From Trichosphaerium sp. ATCC 40318 (Eukaryota; Protista; Tubulinea): a DNA stretch of 64,000 nt. Positions 26,655-39,243 of this stretch are shown piece by piece. How positions within the stretch are numbered: the stretch's first letter is position 1; each line of letters begins with the position of its first letter. The position numbers and the translations under genes are program-made. The stretch covers positions 760,998 to 824,997 of the forward strand of contig JALMLS010000612.1 of NCBI GenBank assembly GCA_038496445.1, written 5' to 3'. Under the pieces are notes generated by a model. The model worked only from the letters and a program-made list of their open reading frames with translations, made no database searches and had not been told where the DNA came from.

Positions 26655-28893
26655 TCATGAGCTTCTCTTGTAACAACAACGTATTTCTTTTCCTCCTGGA
26701 CAGATACCGATCTTGAACTGTTTTCCATGTTGTACGCAAGTATTAACATTCATACAAACACCTTGGAATCCATATGCATAACAAGTTTGATCGTTATCGA
26801 AATTTCCAGCATAGTAGTTACCAAAATATAATCTGGCTTCTTGGACACGACGCCAAGTAAGACCAGCTACTCTTCGTCCTCTTACTTTGTTGAATAACAC
26901 ATAAGCCTTGGTGAGCTTGGCTATTTAAATGGATTAGATGAGCTACATGCGCGCGGAGAACAACAAACAAAGAAAAAAGTTGGTCAGCGCACCTTCATTT
27001 CTTTCGCCTGCGTTAACCAATTTGAGCACTGTTGATGTTTTGAATTGTTTTGTACCAATGTTGAATGCAAGTGAAACTAGCGAATTAAACTGGTTTTGGT
27101 TTAATTTTTTAGTTACGAGTGTTCTAAAACAAACATCAGCAATTTGATGAGAAAATAACGAGAAAAAAAAAACGGTGTTCGAAAAAAAAAAGTGTGAGGT
27201 ACCTCACAGCATTTGAGTATAACTCAATATCAAGACGAAGAATGTCTTCAGCTTGTCTGAGGGTTATGTGATCATTTGTCATCTTGATAGCGTAATTCTT
27301 AATAAGGTAATAAGTAAAACGGACAATCAAGATTGAGGTTAAAGAAAAAAGCCGTACATGTCCTTTTGAAGTCATTCCTTTGATGTTTTGACAATCTTGA
27401 GCTCTACAACTGTGTCCGAAACCAATGATACGTGTACCACTTACACCATAGTAGAATGATGGTACGAACTTTTCTGTTCCACGCAAAAACTTGATACCAA
27501 AAGCATCAATGTACATTCGTGCGTTAACATTAGTTTTGACTATAGGTCTGTATTGTGTCAACTCTTCTTCTTTCTTATCAAAGTCTGGTTTCGTAGATCT
27601 ACAATAAAACGAATAAGAACAAATACACAACAAGAAAAAACACGTGAGTGACTCCATAAAAAGACCAAAAACAAACAAAAAAAAACGTTCAAAAGGCGAA
27701 AAAACCTGAAGAATAAAGATTTTCTTCTAACTTTTCTTCATAAGTTTAAACTTGATGTTACGTACTTTTTTTGTATGCAACATTGGATGTTAGAAGGACC
27801 AGGACAAAAACCAGGAGAAGGTACTCCTTTTTTAGAATAGCAATCAGAGGTTTTAATGCAAGAACCCTTGCTGCTACCAATAGTGCAAAAACCGTAGGTT
27901 GGCGCATTTGTAGGTCTTGGCTGCCAAGGTTTTTTTGTTGGGTTTGTTGGGTTTGTGGGTTTTGTAGCGCCACCACCGCTATTATCTTCATTATCACCAT
28001 TGGATTGTGAAAGAGGGACGCAAGGAGGTTCGCGAGCAAAGCCAGATGCAGGAGTTCTGAGAATGGCATTATCTGTTTCGCCATTTTCGGTCCATAAACC
28101 GTCTACTTTGATTTGTTCATTTGGGTGGTTGTAATTCCACAATACTTGAAAAACCCTGACAGATTCACCATTAATGCGTTCGCTTGGATTAGGACGAATG
28201 GAGTAATGTGGAACATCACGTGATCCCTTCCATACAAAACCCGCATTCCTTAAAGGATCTTTGACAGAGCTACACCAGCCACAACCCACATCAATGGCCA
28301 TACCAAGCATATGGTCACTGTAACCTACTCACGTACTTAGAACACCACTAGGGAATTAAAAAAAATGATAATACGCACCAGGTCTTGCTGCAAGTGAAAT
28401 GCCGCAACTTCCTTGCCAATGCCAGAACAAAACAGATTGTGGAAAAGATCGGAGTCCTTGTGTTAAAGTAAAACGACCACCAGCGGCAGTAGCTCTTCTT
28501 AATGCTTGTGCAGCACGCGGTTGAAGCCACCTAAAGGTGGTGAGTAGAAATACAGCATCAAAGGCACATACGGATAAGCACTTTCACCAAAGGTTAGGCC
28601 TGGAACATTTGCTATGTTTTCAAATACGCCTGGGAGCCTACACAAAGTATGCTTGATGAGTTGCTCGGTCAACCCTTTGACAACTATAGAACGGCAGGAG
28701 GGTCTAGGCCTTCTAAGAGCATCTATAGCAGCATAATATTAGTATACGCTAAAAACTAATAAAACGCGTATAGCTGCTACGTACACCACCCAACGGTTCC
28801 TGAGATTAACTGCGATTGCGTAGGTAGAGCAGTAGAGAGATGCATGAAAGCTAAAAAGCAAACACACAACCCTAACGTAATAGTTGTCTGCAT
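26655..28893 (-). CDS. Secreted multidomain peptidoglycan hydrolase: M15 Zn-peptidase + PG-binding domain + Cys module + GH24 lysozyme + Cys module
   Basis: Signal peptide MQTTITLGLCVCFLAFMHLSTA. M15 motifs LRSFPQ, SDHMLGMAID and DVPHY. PG-binding VRVFQVLWN...IKVDGLW. GH24 motifs TEKF...IIGFGH, LNQNQFNSLVSLAFNIG and GLTWRRVQEARLY. The two halves splice in frame. Confidence 0.85.
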
Positions 28894-29627
28894 GCGTTGC
28901 AACTTTCGTTTTTTCTTTTTGTTTTTGGTGGAGTGGAGACTATATTCAGTAAGCGGCGGGCATTTTTGTAAATTGAAAGTTATTACGTACTATAGCGCTA
29001 CCTGATACCTTTCTACCTCACTATAGTACCTTTAGGAATTGCGCTTACAGAATTCTTCTCCCTTAACTGAGAATTATGCTTAGCTTTGTCTGGTACCGTA
29101 CCATGAAACTCAATATTAGTAGTTCGACTTATAATGTCTGAACGTTAGCTATTTCAATAAGAACTACCTTTGGTTTTTCGAGAAGAGCGAAAATAACTTA
29201 TCCAAGGGTGTTGTGACAAAGTAATACCTGAAAGGTTTTCGAAACACTTTGTGCACGAAAAGTGTACTCCACTAATTATTACGAGATTTTGGCGAAATTT
29301 GGTCTTTGTTGATTTGAAATCATCGCTTTAACTTTACCCTTCGCTAGCTATTACATTGTAGACATAAAGAGTTTTGTTTTGGGCTATGACTTGGTCATAA
29401 AGTAAAATAGCTTGCTCAAAGTTGTAGGGCACAATAAATTACGCCATCCACTGCAATATATAGAAAAAAACGGAATTAAACATACACCTCAAGTGAATAA
29501 AGAAAGTTTCAATTGAAAAAGGAAACAATGTCAACATAGCTATTGTACATCTTGTTTTAGTTTACACAACCTGTATTTCCGTCATCTCACTCGTAGTGAA
29601 GATGAAAGAAAAAAGCATAAAAGGTTT

Positions 29628-31963
29628 TTAACGGCGAAATTTTGGTAAAACTTTTACATTGCCACCTATTGTGTCACTTGGTTTGTATGCTGTACAAGGC
29701 ATTTTGAAAGGTGTCATTACTTTCCTATCCGTCACAGAACCAGGTTTAAAGTAAACACCAAGTTCAAAGTTCTTTATCGCAGAAGTGGACGAAGTGTTAC
29801 CCCAAGCGCTTAAAAAAAATTCAGAATAAAAAAAAAGTTATTTTGTGGGCTACTGGACGCATAGGTTTTTTGATAAAATGTATAAAATAATACTCTTGAT
29901 GATAGGTCAATGATCTCAAAGATCAAAGATACTCACAAAGCATTGTGACAGAAAGGATTTGATTTGGTTTTGCTTCTTTCTTCAAAAAAAAAACCATGGA
30001 ACGAAAATCCTTAACTGCGTTCGTCTTACCTTCTAGTAAAGTTATGAGAACCAATGTAACACCATTGATCTTCATCCGAGCTATCAATGGGAAATATCAC
30101 CTTGCTATGGAGTAATACTGGCTTATCGGAAATGTCTTCACATTTCATAATGCTAACAGTGTCAAGTTGATCTCTATGTAGAAAAGCGATTGCATCTCCT
30201 TGATAAGAGTCAGTTAGATTGTAGTTTACTTATTTAAACGTACCATAAAGCCGTGTCTTTTTAACATAAGATTCAGTAGGATACACAATCTAAGATAAAC
30301 ATTAAAACTGCAATTGTAACAACTAATTTTTTTTTCACGAATATTTGGAAATAAAATAAAGCTAGGGTAGTAGTACTAGCTTGTAACACCAAATCTTTCG
30401 CTAAGAAGCTGGAACGACAGTCTCAAATAAAAGAGATGAAAAAGAAAGCACTTTCGAGAGCAGAGAAGAGTTTACTTTTAAAAAAATGGTACCTGAGTGT
30501 CACCTGACTTAACACCGCAAACATTCTTTACAAATGCACGGGTCCAACTCACATTAGCTAAGCTTATTGTATTCGCCTATTATAAATAACAATTAGCTTA
30601 TAAAAGCACCAAGAAGTCTGGCTTAAAAAGGTTGTACTTGGTAAAGTAAAGCTGTTGCTTTTGTGCTCTTCTTGTTTTGACTAACCAATTTTTTAAGACG
30701 AAGTGCACCATAGTTACTATCTTTAGTATCTGGTACACTACCCACTAGATTTACTTTAGCCTGAGAAAAATCGTATGTCCTAAAGGAATTCTATTAACAA
30801 AAACATGCTGGTTTGTGTTATTTTTACAAACGTACTTTAGAAGCTTGAGATGGGATGTAGGTATCTTCATACTACCCAAAAATCGATTTAGGTAGTCAAT
30901 AAATTCGCAAGGAGATGATGTATCTGTTGGAGCACAGCGAGGAAAATCTTGATACCAAAGAACCTTAACGTCAACATCAATCTAAAACAAGCATGTACAA
31001 AAAAAAAAAAGGAGTTATTTTCTCAATCAGATATCACGTGATTTGTATCGTACCTGTCTAAGTTGTTTCCACTCGATACGTGTTAGATTGCCTGACATGA
31101 TAATTACGCGAACGCGACTAGGACAAGATGAACAACCGAAAAGAAAAAAAAAGGTGAGGATAAAAAATCGTACTCTGGGTAAAAAAGAATCAAGAACTTC
31201 GAATGCACTAATCCCTTTACAAATAATACTCTCCAAGAAGCACTACCACTAACGTGTTTAGGTACTCCCGTTATGCGATTGAATTGTAATTCATCTGTGA
31301 TGCCACGAATGATGAGTAAGTCTTCGCTTAAACGAAAGAAACTCTGTAAATCGCGATAATCATCCAGCATCCCAGAGGCAATTGCACAATCCAATTTTTC
31401 CTTTTTAGATTGTAAGAACGCAAGCAGCCTTTGGATAGTATGTTCTACCGTACATGATCAATGAGGGATACGAGATCTAGGCGATTTGGTATTGTTACAT
31501 CGTTTTCTCCTATAATATTCATGCAAGGGCCGCTACCCGACCAACAGCGGTTTTCAACCTTTTTTGTAGATTGGCTTGAGTTACTACACCTGTCAGAATT
31601 GGAGACAAGTGTCGTTACGCACGTAAGCTTCGCTCTTTTTGCTGTGGCTGGTGTATTATTAAATTGAGCGTGCTTTTGTTTGCGAATAAGGCGTAATTGC
31701 TCAAAAGGTGACAGCTTGGTAGTTAATGGCTCAATTGGTGGTGCTGTGTCACGTACAGGCACTATACAAATTGTTACATTGTTACACGAATTTGTAGCGT
31801 TACCGTTATTCTCGTCTGCGAAACTCTCAAGGGATAGCTTTATAGCCTCCTGTAGAGCAGCATCTTCGTTGTCAGAATCAACGAGGTCAATGCTGTAAAA
31901 TACGATTACTTAGAGGTATGTAGGCTGTAATACGCACAAGTTACGCCTATTTACTGTTGACAT
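29628..31963 (-). CDS. TDP1: Tyrosyl-DNA phosphodiesterase 1
   Basis: Two HxK motifs (VHSKFLILFY...SGNLT and LHSKVIF...GSHNFT), plus SAWG and KNFELGV. Confidence 0.85.
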
Positions 31964-32168
31964 TCTTAACGCGGGAGAAGACAACTGAGTGTTTAAGTTT
32001 GTGCAGTCCTTAACAGTAAATTTTTTGACACGTGATACCTTTCACTGTTTCCATAGCGCCTCCATAAGTTTAACATCCATATTTCAGTGCTATTGTCTTC
32101 ATTTTTAGTTGCAAGTGCGAGCAAGTATGTTTGAAACTCAAAAAATTTATATGCTTCGAAATCAACAT

Positions 32169-34410
32169 TTACAAAACTTTTATTCGCTTGCTTGTGAATT
32201 TGATATTATTGTTCAACTTAAATGCAGCGTTTTCTTTACATAAGAATGGACCTTTACAACCAGCTTGCCTCTTTGTCAGCTTAAACAGTGCCTTTCTTAT
32301 TACTTTAATATCAAGATTTGTGCCCTTCTTCAGATCAGCAAAGTTATGTGTTTCTTCGTCTTCGAATAGGCATAAAACAATCATAATCGAAGTGGTTGTT
32401 ACTAAAGTACATTTTTGATTTTGCCCCAAGTCTACCTACAGCCACGAGATGAGTAAAACAAAGAAAACATGCGCAAGAACAAATTCAATGGTTGAAGTCA
32501 AAAAATCATACCTGAATTTCACAGTTTCCGTACTGAGGAACTACACAAGTTTTTCTACCTGCATTTTGATTCTCATAGAAGGTTTTGAACTTATGCCATT
32601 GTTGTGCGGCATACAAGGGAAGTATTGGTTTCGATGCAATCAACTGAAGATTAATTGCAACAGACTTATAAATATTCGCTTCAGAAGTGTCTGTTAGGAG
32701 ACTACCCGCAGGCCACACATGTCCAGTTACAACCACGAAGTTAACAGGTAATTTAGACACACTGCCCTGATAAACAAGTTAATAAACAATAAAGGAGAAC
32801 CAAAACACATGACTAGAAGAATTCTTTTTTCATAAAATGGCATGTGCTTTGAAACAAGTACCTTGTATTCGTTCATTGTGTGAGATGATATTACAATATC
32901 TTTACGCATATCATTCAGTTTGTTGCTCAAACCATCGAAGCCTTCCTAACACAAAGGATTAAAAATACTGTACGTTGTCGTCATAAACTCACACTTTTAA
33001 ATCTGTCAATGAAAGCAATCTCATACATTTCTTTGGATGTTCCTTCAAGTAATCTCCGTCCAAAAAAGCTTACGTACTCCGACTCAAACACTCTCGTGTC
33101 TGGCATAAGCAGGACACTTTGTACACTTTTCTGTATGACATCACCTACACGTGATTAAATAGACGTTAATCCATAGTCCGAATAATCCTTACTTGCTTGA
33201 GTTTCGGATAGTTTTTTGAACTGTGCAACAAAGAGATGATGAATATAAACTACAAGGAGTTTTGAACGCTCTCCAGTTGAAAACAAGTATCCAAGCCCTT
33301 GAACTACTGCATTTCTACAACCTTGTGTATCCCCTGGGCTCACCAATCCGCAAGAATCGAGTATACCGTAACATTCTTGTATCAAGGTAAACGCTTTGTT
33401 GATGTAATTTACAGCGACCTTGTAAATTGATGTGTCAATATTCTCTTGTATTCAAGAAACTGTACCTGTACGGATTTGGGCTTATCTTTGAGCTCCTCTG
33501 AGAGAGTTAATGCTTTTTGTTTAACGTGCTCGTACAACGCAAGTCTTAGCATACATAAGATACGTCTCTCACTGCATAGACGTAACGCAATCTTACGAAT
33601 GGCTATTTGGTGTTAATTTTTTAACAAGTATTTATCACGTGTAGTTGTAACCGTACCTAGCCAATCCTGTTTCTCAAACGAAGTTTCGCAATGATAAAAG
33701 AGTGAATTAGCATGTTGTGCAAGTGCTTGGTTTACTAGACTTTGGACACCATCGAAGGGCCTCAAGCCAACAATTTTTGGTGTGAGCATGCGTCTCATTC
33801 CATGTGCTTTGTTCTGTTGTACAAACTTGTTAAAAAAACATTAAACTTGAAACTCGTGCCTCCATTGATGTTGTTTTGAATATTGTTTTTTCAAAAGCGT
33901 GTAGTTGTAGCATAAAGTTTGGGTTTGGATCAACTGAAGGCCTTCTCATCTAAAACATGGTAAGTAGTGAGGTATCGCGATAAAATCACCTTGACATGTC
34001 TGTAGGCTTCGGTTAACGAGCATTTCATATTTTTCATTAAATACGCAATTACAATCGATGAAGACCTTGATTTTCCTGATTTACAATGCACTAGGCATCC
34101 CAGGCCTGCAGTTCGAGCTTTTTCTACAAAGTGTCAGTTCAAATAACAGTAAACGCTTACCTATAAGATTACAGCACGCGTCGAAGTACTGGAGTATGTC
34201 TTGTTCTTTTGTATCATATACACAAGCATACATGTACGTAAAGCTCTTAACTTCGCTAAGGAAATGGTTTTGGCATTGAGGGTAGCCCATATTGATAATA
34301 TAACGAATATTTTGTGCTACAAGCTGATCCTTTGCGCAACAGTTATACTCATCGCCCAGATACAAGTTTGGAAGTATGTATGAAGCCGGTGGCGACTCCT
34401 CTACTTCCAT
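32169..34410 (-). CDS. Dual-specificity phosphatase fused to a cullin-homology region
   Basis: DSP: ILPNLYLGD, VHCKSGKSRSSSIVIAYLM and PNPNFMLQL. Cullin-like: PDTRVFESEYVSFFGRRLL, NKLNDMRKDI, VVTGHVWP and FKTFYENQNAGRK. Confidence 0.72.
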
Positions 34411-34676
34411 GTTAGGCTCACCAAGTACAATACAATCACTTATTCAATAGTAACTTAACGTTCGAACTTGAAACGTGCGCGTCAAAATTTGTGAAATGTC
34501 ACGGACAAGCGAGATAGGCAAAGTGTATAAAGCAAACAACATATTAATTTATGTACAACTTGTTGATACAACAGTGCATTATTGGTGTTTTTAGGCTAAA
34601 TGTTAAGCATGCTGAGGTGCATAAAACACGCCAAACTGATGTGAGAACAAAATCTTCCTTAGCACTAAAGTGCTGT

Positions 34677-35513
34677 TTATGTTTTTGAACCACGCAAACC
34701 ACCACGTCCACCTTGCTTCTGGGATTTGCCCTTCTTTGCTTCTCTGTCCTTTTCTTGCAAAACAGCACGTTTTTTCTGCTTGATCTCTTCCGCGTCTTGT
34801 TGAGCGCCAAGCATCCTCTTTTCGACTTTTTTTAACCATTTAATATCGAGCTTACGCAATTCCGCTGTTGCCACTTTATCCCAAGTTCTTTGTTTGGATC
34901 TAGAAGTGACAGTTAGCAAGATACAAAAAAAAAAGGTGTTATAAAACGTTTACCTTCGCTCTGGTGATTTAGCAAGCTGTTCTTCTTTCCATAAACTGTA
35001 GTCCTTTAGCTTGGCTTGCTTTTTGTCAAGGTTTCTCTTGTGCATAGCTTCATGGTACTTTTCTAAGCCATCCATAATTTCCTGAGCGTGTTAGTACGCA
35101 GAGTGGTAAACGACACCGTAATTAAGCGCCTATCAGTGATAATATAGCAAATTGATCTCACGTACTTCTTTAAGCCAATCTGGTGTTGGTGCTATCTTTT
35201 CGGCATACTTTGGTTCGATTTGAAACTCAGCAGCAAGTTTTACAGCAGTCCATTTCTTTGGGTCTTGCTCTTTGAGCTCTCGAACCAATTGTTCTTCTTG
35301 TGGGCTTATTTTACCGTAAATGGTACTGCCAAGGTATCCTTTTGGCGCTTTCATGCCTTCTACCCATTCGCCATGATCAAAAACGACGGCTCGTTCAGTT
35401 TGAGTACTAGCAGAGCGCACATGTAGCGAGGGAGATACGATTACGCGTTTGTTTTCGCTATGGTGTGTTTTGACACAAGCACATGAACGTGCGTGAGTTC
35501 TAACCAACCACAT
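34677..35513 (-). CDS. Mitochondrial ribosomal protein mL58 (MRP-L20 family)-like
   Basis: ISPQEEQLVRELKEQDPKKWTAVKLAAEFQIEPKYAEKIAP, an Arg/Ser-rich presequence and a basic C-terminus. Confidence 0.6.
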
Positions 35514-35590
35514 GTCCTGCAAGCTTATATTTAAATTAGCTAGGAAAACTTTTGACTTTATCAAGAATCAGGCTTACAGTTGCGTACAGC

Positions 35591-38173
35591 ATGCTAGGTG
35601 TGTTTCATGTCCATGTTTTTGTCTAAATTTGTTAGGAGCCAGGTTGCTACAAAGGTCATGTGCCAAATACAACACAATACGGCGCCGCATGCCGCAGTCG
35701 CGTACAAATATATCATCAACCACGGTTAGGCAACCAGTTAGAACTAATATATGTTTTAAACCAAGAACACCTGTGAGGTGGTATTGTGCTGATACCACCC
35801 TTGAAGTGACTAGCAAAACGACTGAGTTCAAGCAAGAAGACGTTGAACTGAAAATAAAAGCCGAAGCAGCTGAATTGCGCTTAAAAGCATTCTCATATTG
35901 TAAATCAGGCGACACTAACATTGGTATAAAGCTTTACAACGAAGCAGCCGAATTACGCCCAGAATGGCCTGAGCCTTTATGCAACCTTGCAGGTACCTCA
36001 AACCCTTGTCATCAAGTGTCAAATGTATGTAGCGGAATACGAGAGATTGGAACAAGACTCAAAAGCCGTCGATTGCTCAACACGAGCTATAGAGAGAGCA
36101 AAGAAGGAGGAACGAAGCGTTCCAAGTCTTGCTACCATCTCAAAGTAAGTGTCAAATTAGTAATCTTGCAATGTGTCACATTATTTTCTATTATTTTTTG
36201 ATTGTTATCATAGCGAATACTGTCGTATTGCACGAGCTCATATGCGTAAAAAAGAATATAGAGAAGCTATGGGTTGCTTATATGAGGCCAAATTTTATTT
36301 TCCAAATACCCAAGCCGAAGAATTGCTCGCAATTGTATGAGCTCATTAATTGTTTACATTAACAATCTTTCTCACGATTTTTTAGGTTTTTAAAGAAACT
36401 GGAACAATAATTAATAGTCCTACATTCGATGACAAGGTATGTTGGTAATGGATACGCTGCGATATTTAGCAGCTGTTTTGTCCTATAGGCAAAGAAACGT
36501 TTTAAAATGTTGGCATTGCACAAAATCACTCGACTGTTCTAATAACTGTGTTTTATCTATTTCTGTATTGAGTATTTTTTATAGCATGTCGTCGATAAAA
36601 CTTTCACAGAGACACTAGAGGAGATGGGAAATGATATGTTAGAAATCAAAGTGCATCCAGAGAAAGTACGTTCTCGTAGCTAGTGTGTATGCCATTATTT
36701 AATTTTCTAAGGGACGTGGTTTATATGCCAGAAGAGAAATCAATGCAGGTGAAATAATACTTTCAGAGGACTCTATTGTGACTGTATCACACGATGTAAG
36801 TACTACTTTATTATATTGCCATTGTATTAACTCTATCATTAAGAGGCCTGATACTGAAACTTGTTTTGAAAGTATGCGTGTCCTAGGTCCTATAGACTTT
36901 GTTTATATGGATAAAGAAACGGAGGTGTGTTGTAAACTGTTACAGGTTCTTGTTTACAAAGCTTAGAGAATTATCACCGAAGACTATCATCCAGAACATG
37001 CACGACAATTAAAAGAGGAAATGATAAAAGAAGGATGTAAAAATATTGGTGTTCCTGTACCACAAATATACGAATACACAGCTACAAAGTTTGAATGTGA
37101 AGAAAAAGCACAAGAAGCACATGCCAAGTACAACAATTACCATTATCTAAAGCGTACATACTAAAAAGTTCTGTCTTAGGTACATCAATTTATTGACTTT
37201 AATGGGAAAGGGTGAACCACTACTTCGTGTTCTTATGCCAGGCTTGTTTGATAAACGAAGTAAGATATACAATCGATACACGTGATATTTGCTCACCTTC
37301 TTTTTAAGTCTACAGCGACGATATGGAACGTTGGGCTTTAAGAAAAGAGTATGACATCATTGAACTAGTTACAAAAATTGTTGCAGTTATGGATAAAGTA
37401 CGAAGTACTCGTAGAAAGATTAAAGTTAACACTTACTTAGAATGATGAGATATATGATATACTACTCTCAAAGATGATGTATTTTGAAGTTCAACCACCA
37501 CGTGATTTGACAACTGTTGAAAGGGAGCAATTCAATGCACTTTGTTCATTATTCAAAAACCTCAAAGGTATAGTCTTTATGCTGTACCAGTACATAACAA
37601 ACTATCTAGATTTTGATGAGAGGAAATTTTTACGCCTTAAATCGATCATGACTGTTAACAGCGTGAACATTGAAGTTGGTACGTCTAAATTATTTGTACA
37701 AAAGTACATTGTCCTTGCGTTTTCCTCTGTTGCTCTAAGCGCAGTGTTTAGGTAAATTTAAAATTGGATTATCGTCACACGAACCAGAAGGGCCCGATGA
37801 CCAAGGACTGGACATGCATGCTATAATCCAAGAAACAGAAACTATACAAGGCGCTGGTTTCTATCCAATAACTAGTTTTATGAACCACTCTTGTGAGTCA
37901 AATGCAAGGTTTGGTCATCCATCTATTGATAACAGTTTGAGAGTATTGGCTGATAAAGTAATTAAAAAGGTACATCTTTTTTTTTTGCGACAAAACAAAT
38001 CTACTGTTTGGTCACGTTTTTTTTTTCCAAAACAATTTTAATGTTGTTGCAAGGGAGAGGAAGTCACGTTTCCATATGTTAACCATGCCGTTACAGAAAT
38101 GCGTAAACAGGCTCTTAAAATACAATATGGTATTTCTTGTAATTGTACAGTTTGCCCAGAAGCTGAGAACTAA
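35591..38173 (+). CDS. TPR + SET domain (SMYD-like) lysine methyltransferase with probable mitochondrial presequence
   Basis: KGRGLYARREINAGEIIL, FMNHSCESN, GEEVTFPY and post-SET YGISCNCTVC. N-terminal TPR-like helices. The start at 35591 needs a 7-nt first coding exon; the alternative ATG is at 35689. Confidence 0.8.
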
Positions 38174-38272
38174 AGTAATTTTTAAAATAATGACATTTGG
38201 TAAAAAACAGGTTAAGCCTGATCGCCGCTGCTTAAAGTTTGTAGTAATCTTTGGCAAAGAGAAGAACGTAGT

Positions 38273-39127
38273 ATGGCTCAAGCATCATTGCCTAGTTCTC
38301 CTAAAGTACTTACACTGTTATTGATGAAAAAACTCAATTATTTAGAACCCAGTGGTGTTTTTCGATATAACCATAGGCGGACAAGACTTTGGACGTATTA
38401 AGATAGAATTATTCGCAAATGCAGTACCTAAAACGGCTGAAAACTTTCGGTAAGCTCGCTATAACGCTCATTATTAATAATTCGCTCGTTCTCACGCCTG
38501 TTTATAGCCAACTCTGCACAGGCGAATTCAAGTACGTGTAAACGCATTTTGACGCAAACTAAAAGCGTTAGGAAGAATGCCAAGCCAGTAGGCTACAAAG
38601 GTTGTAAATTTCACAGAGTAATCAAAGGTAGCCGTTGCTAAATAATGTAAAACCAATTGACATTAACCCAGGGTTCATGATTCAAGGAGGAGACTTTGTT
38701 CGCGTACGTACAAAGTGACAACAAGCAATTTGTAAAAAAAACTGCCAAAACGTTGACTTTGCAATAGGGTGATGGTAAAGGTCGTATGAGTATCTACGGT
38801 GAAACATTTGCAGATGAATCATTTAAATTGAAGCACGTAGCACCTGGTATTGTTTCAATGGCAAACTCTGGTCCAAACACCAACGGATGTCAGGTACAAA
38901 AATGAAAAATTATCATTTGACACTTTTCACCGTTGTAAACTCTTACTCGGTTTCCATAGTTTTTTATCACATGTGCTGCTGCCGATTGGCTAGATAGTAA
39001 GCATGTAGTATTCGGACAAGTTGTAGAGGGTATGAAAGTAGTACGCTCTATTGAAAATACTCCATTTGGACCAGGAAACAAGCCAAGCATTGACGTAATC
39101 ATTGCAGAATGTGGACAATTTTCATAA
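38273..39127 (+). CDS. PPIH: Cyclophilin H (U4/U6 snRNP PPIase)
   Basis: [12 protein letters not shown]...[15 protein letters not shown]...[23 protein letters not shown]...NGCQFFITC...[10 protein letters not shown]. Confidence 0.85.
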
Positions 39128-39243
39128 GTAAAAAATGTACCAAAAAACGTGTCATCGAAGTTGTGTCTTTGTACAGATTTTTAATTGAATGGTAGTTGGC
39201 ACTTACAACGATGCTCGCGCATCCTGTTAGCCTTGAATACGTG

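Noticed and set aside
26655-27520. Prophage or bacterial contamination suggested by the phage-type lysozyme
   Set aside because: The gene has spliceosomal introns and a signal peptide, lies between WDR82 and TDP1, and has no phage neighbours.
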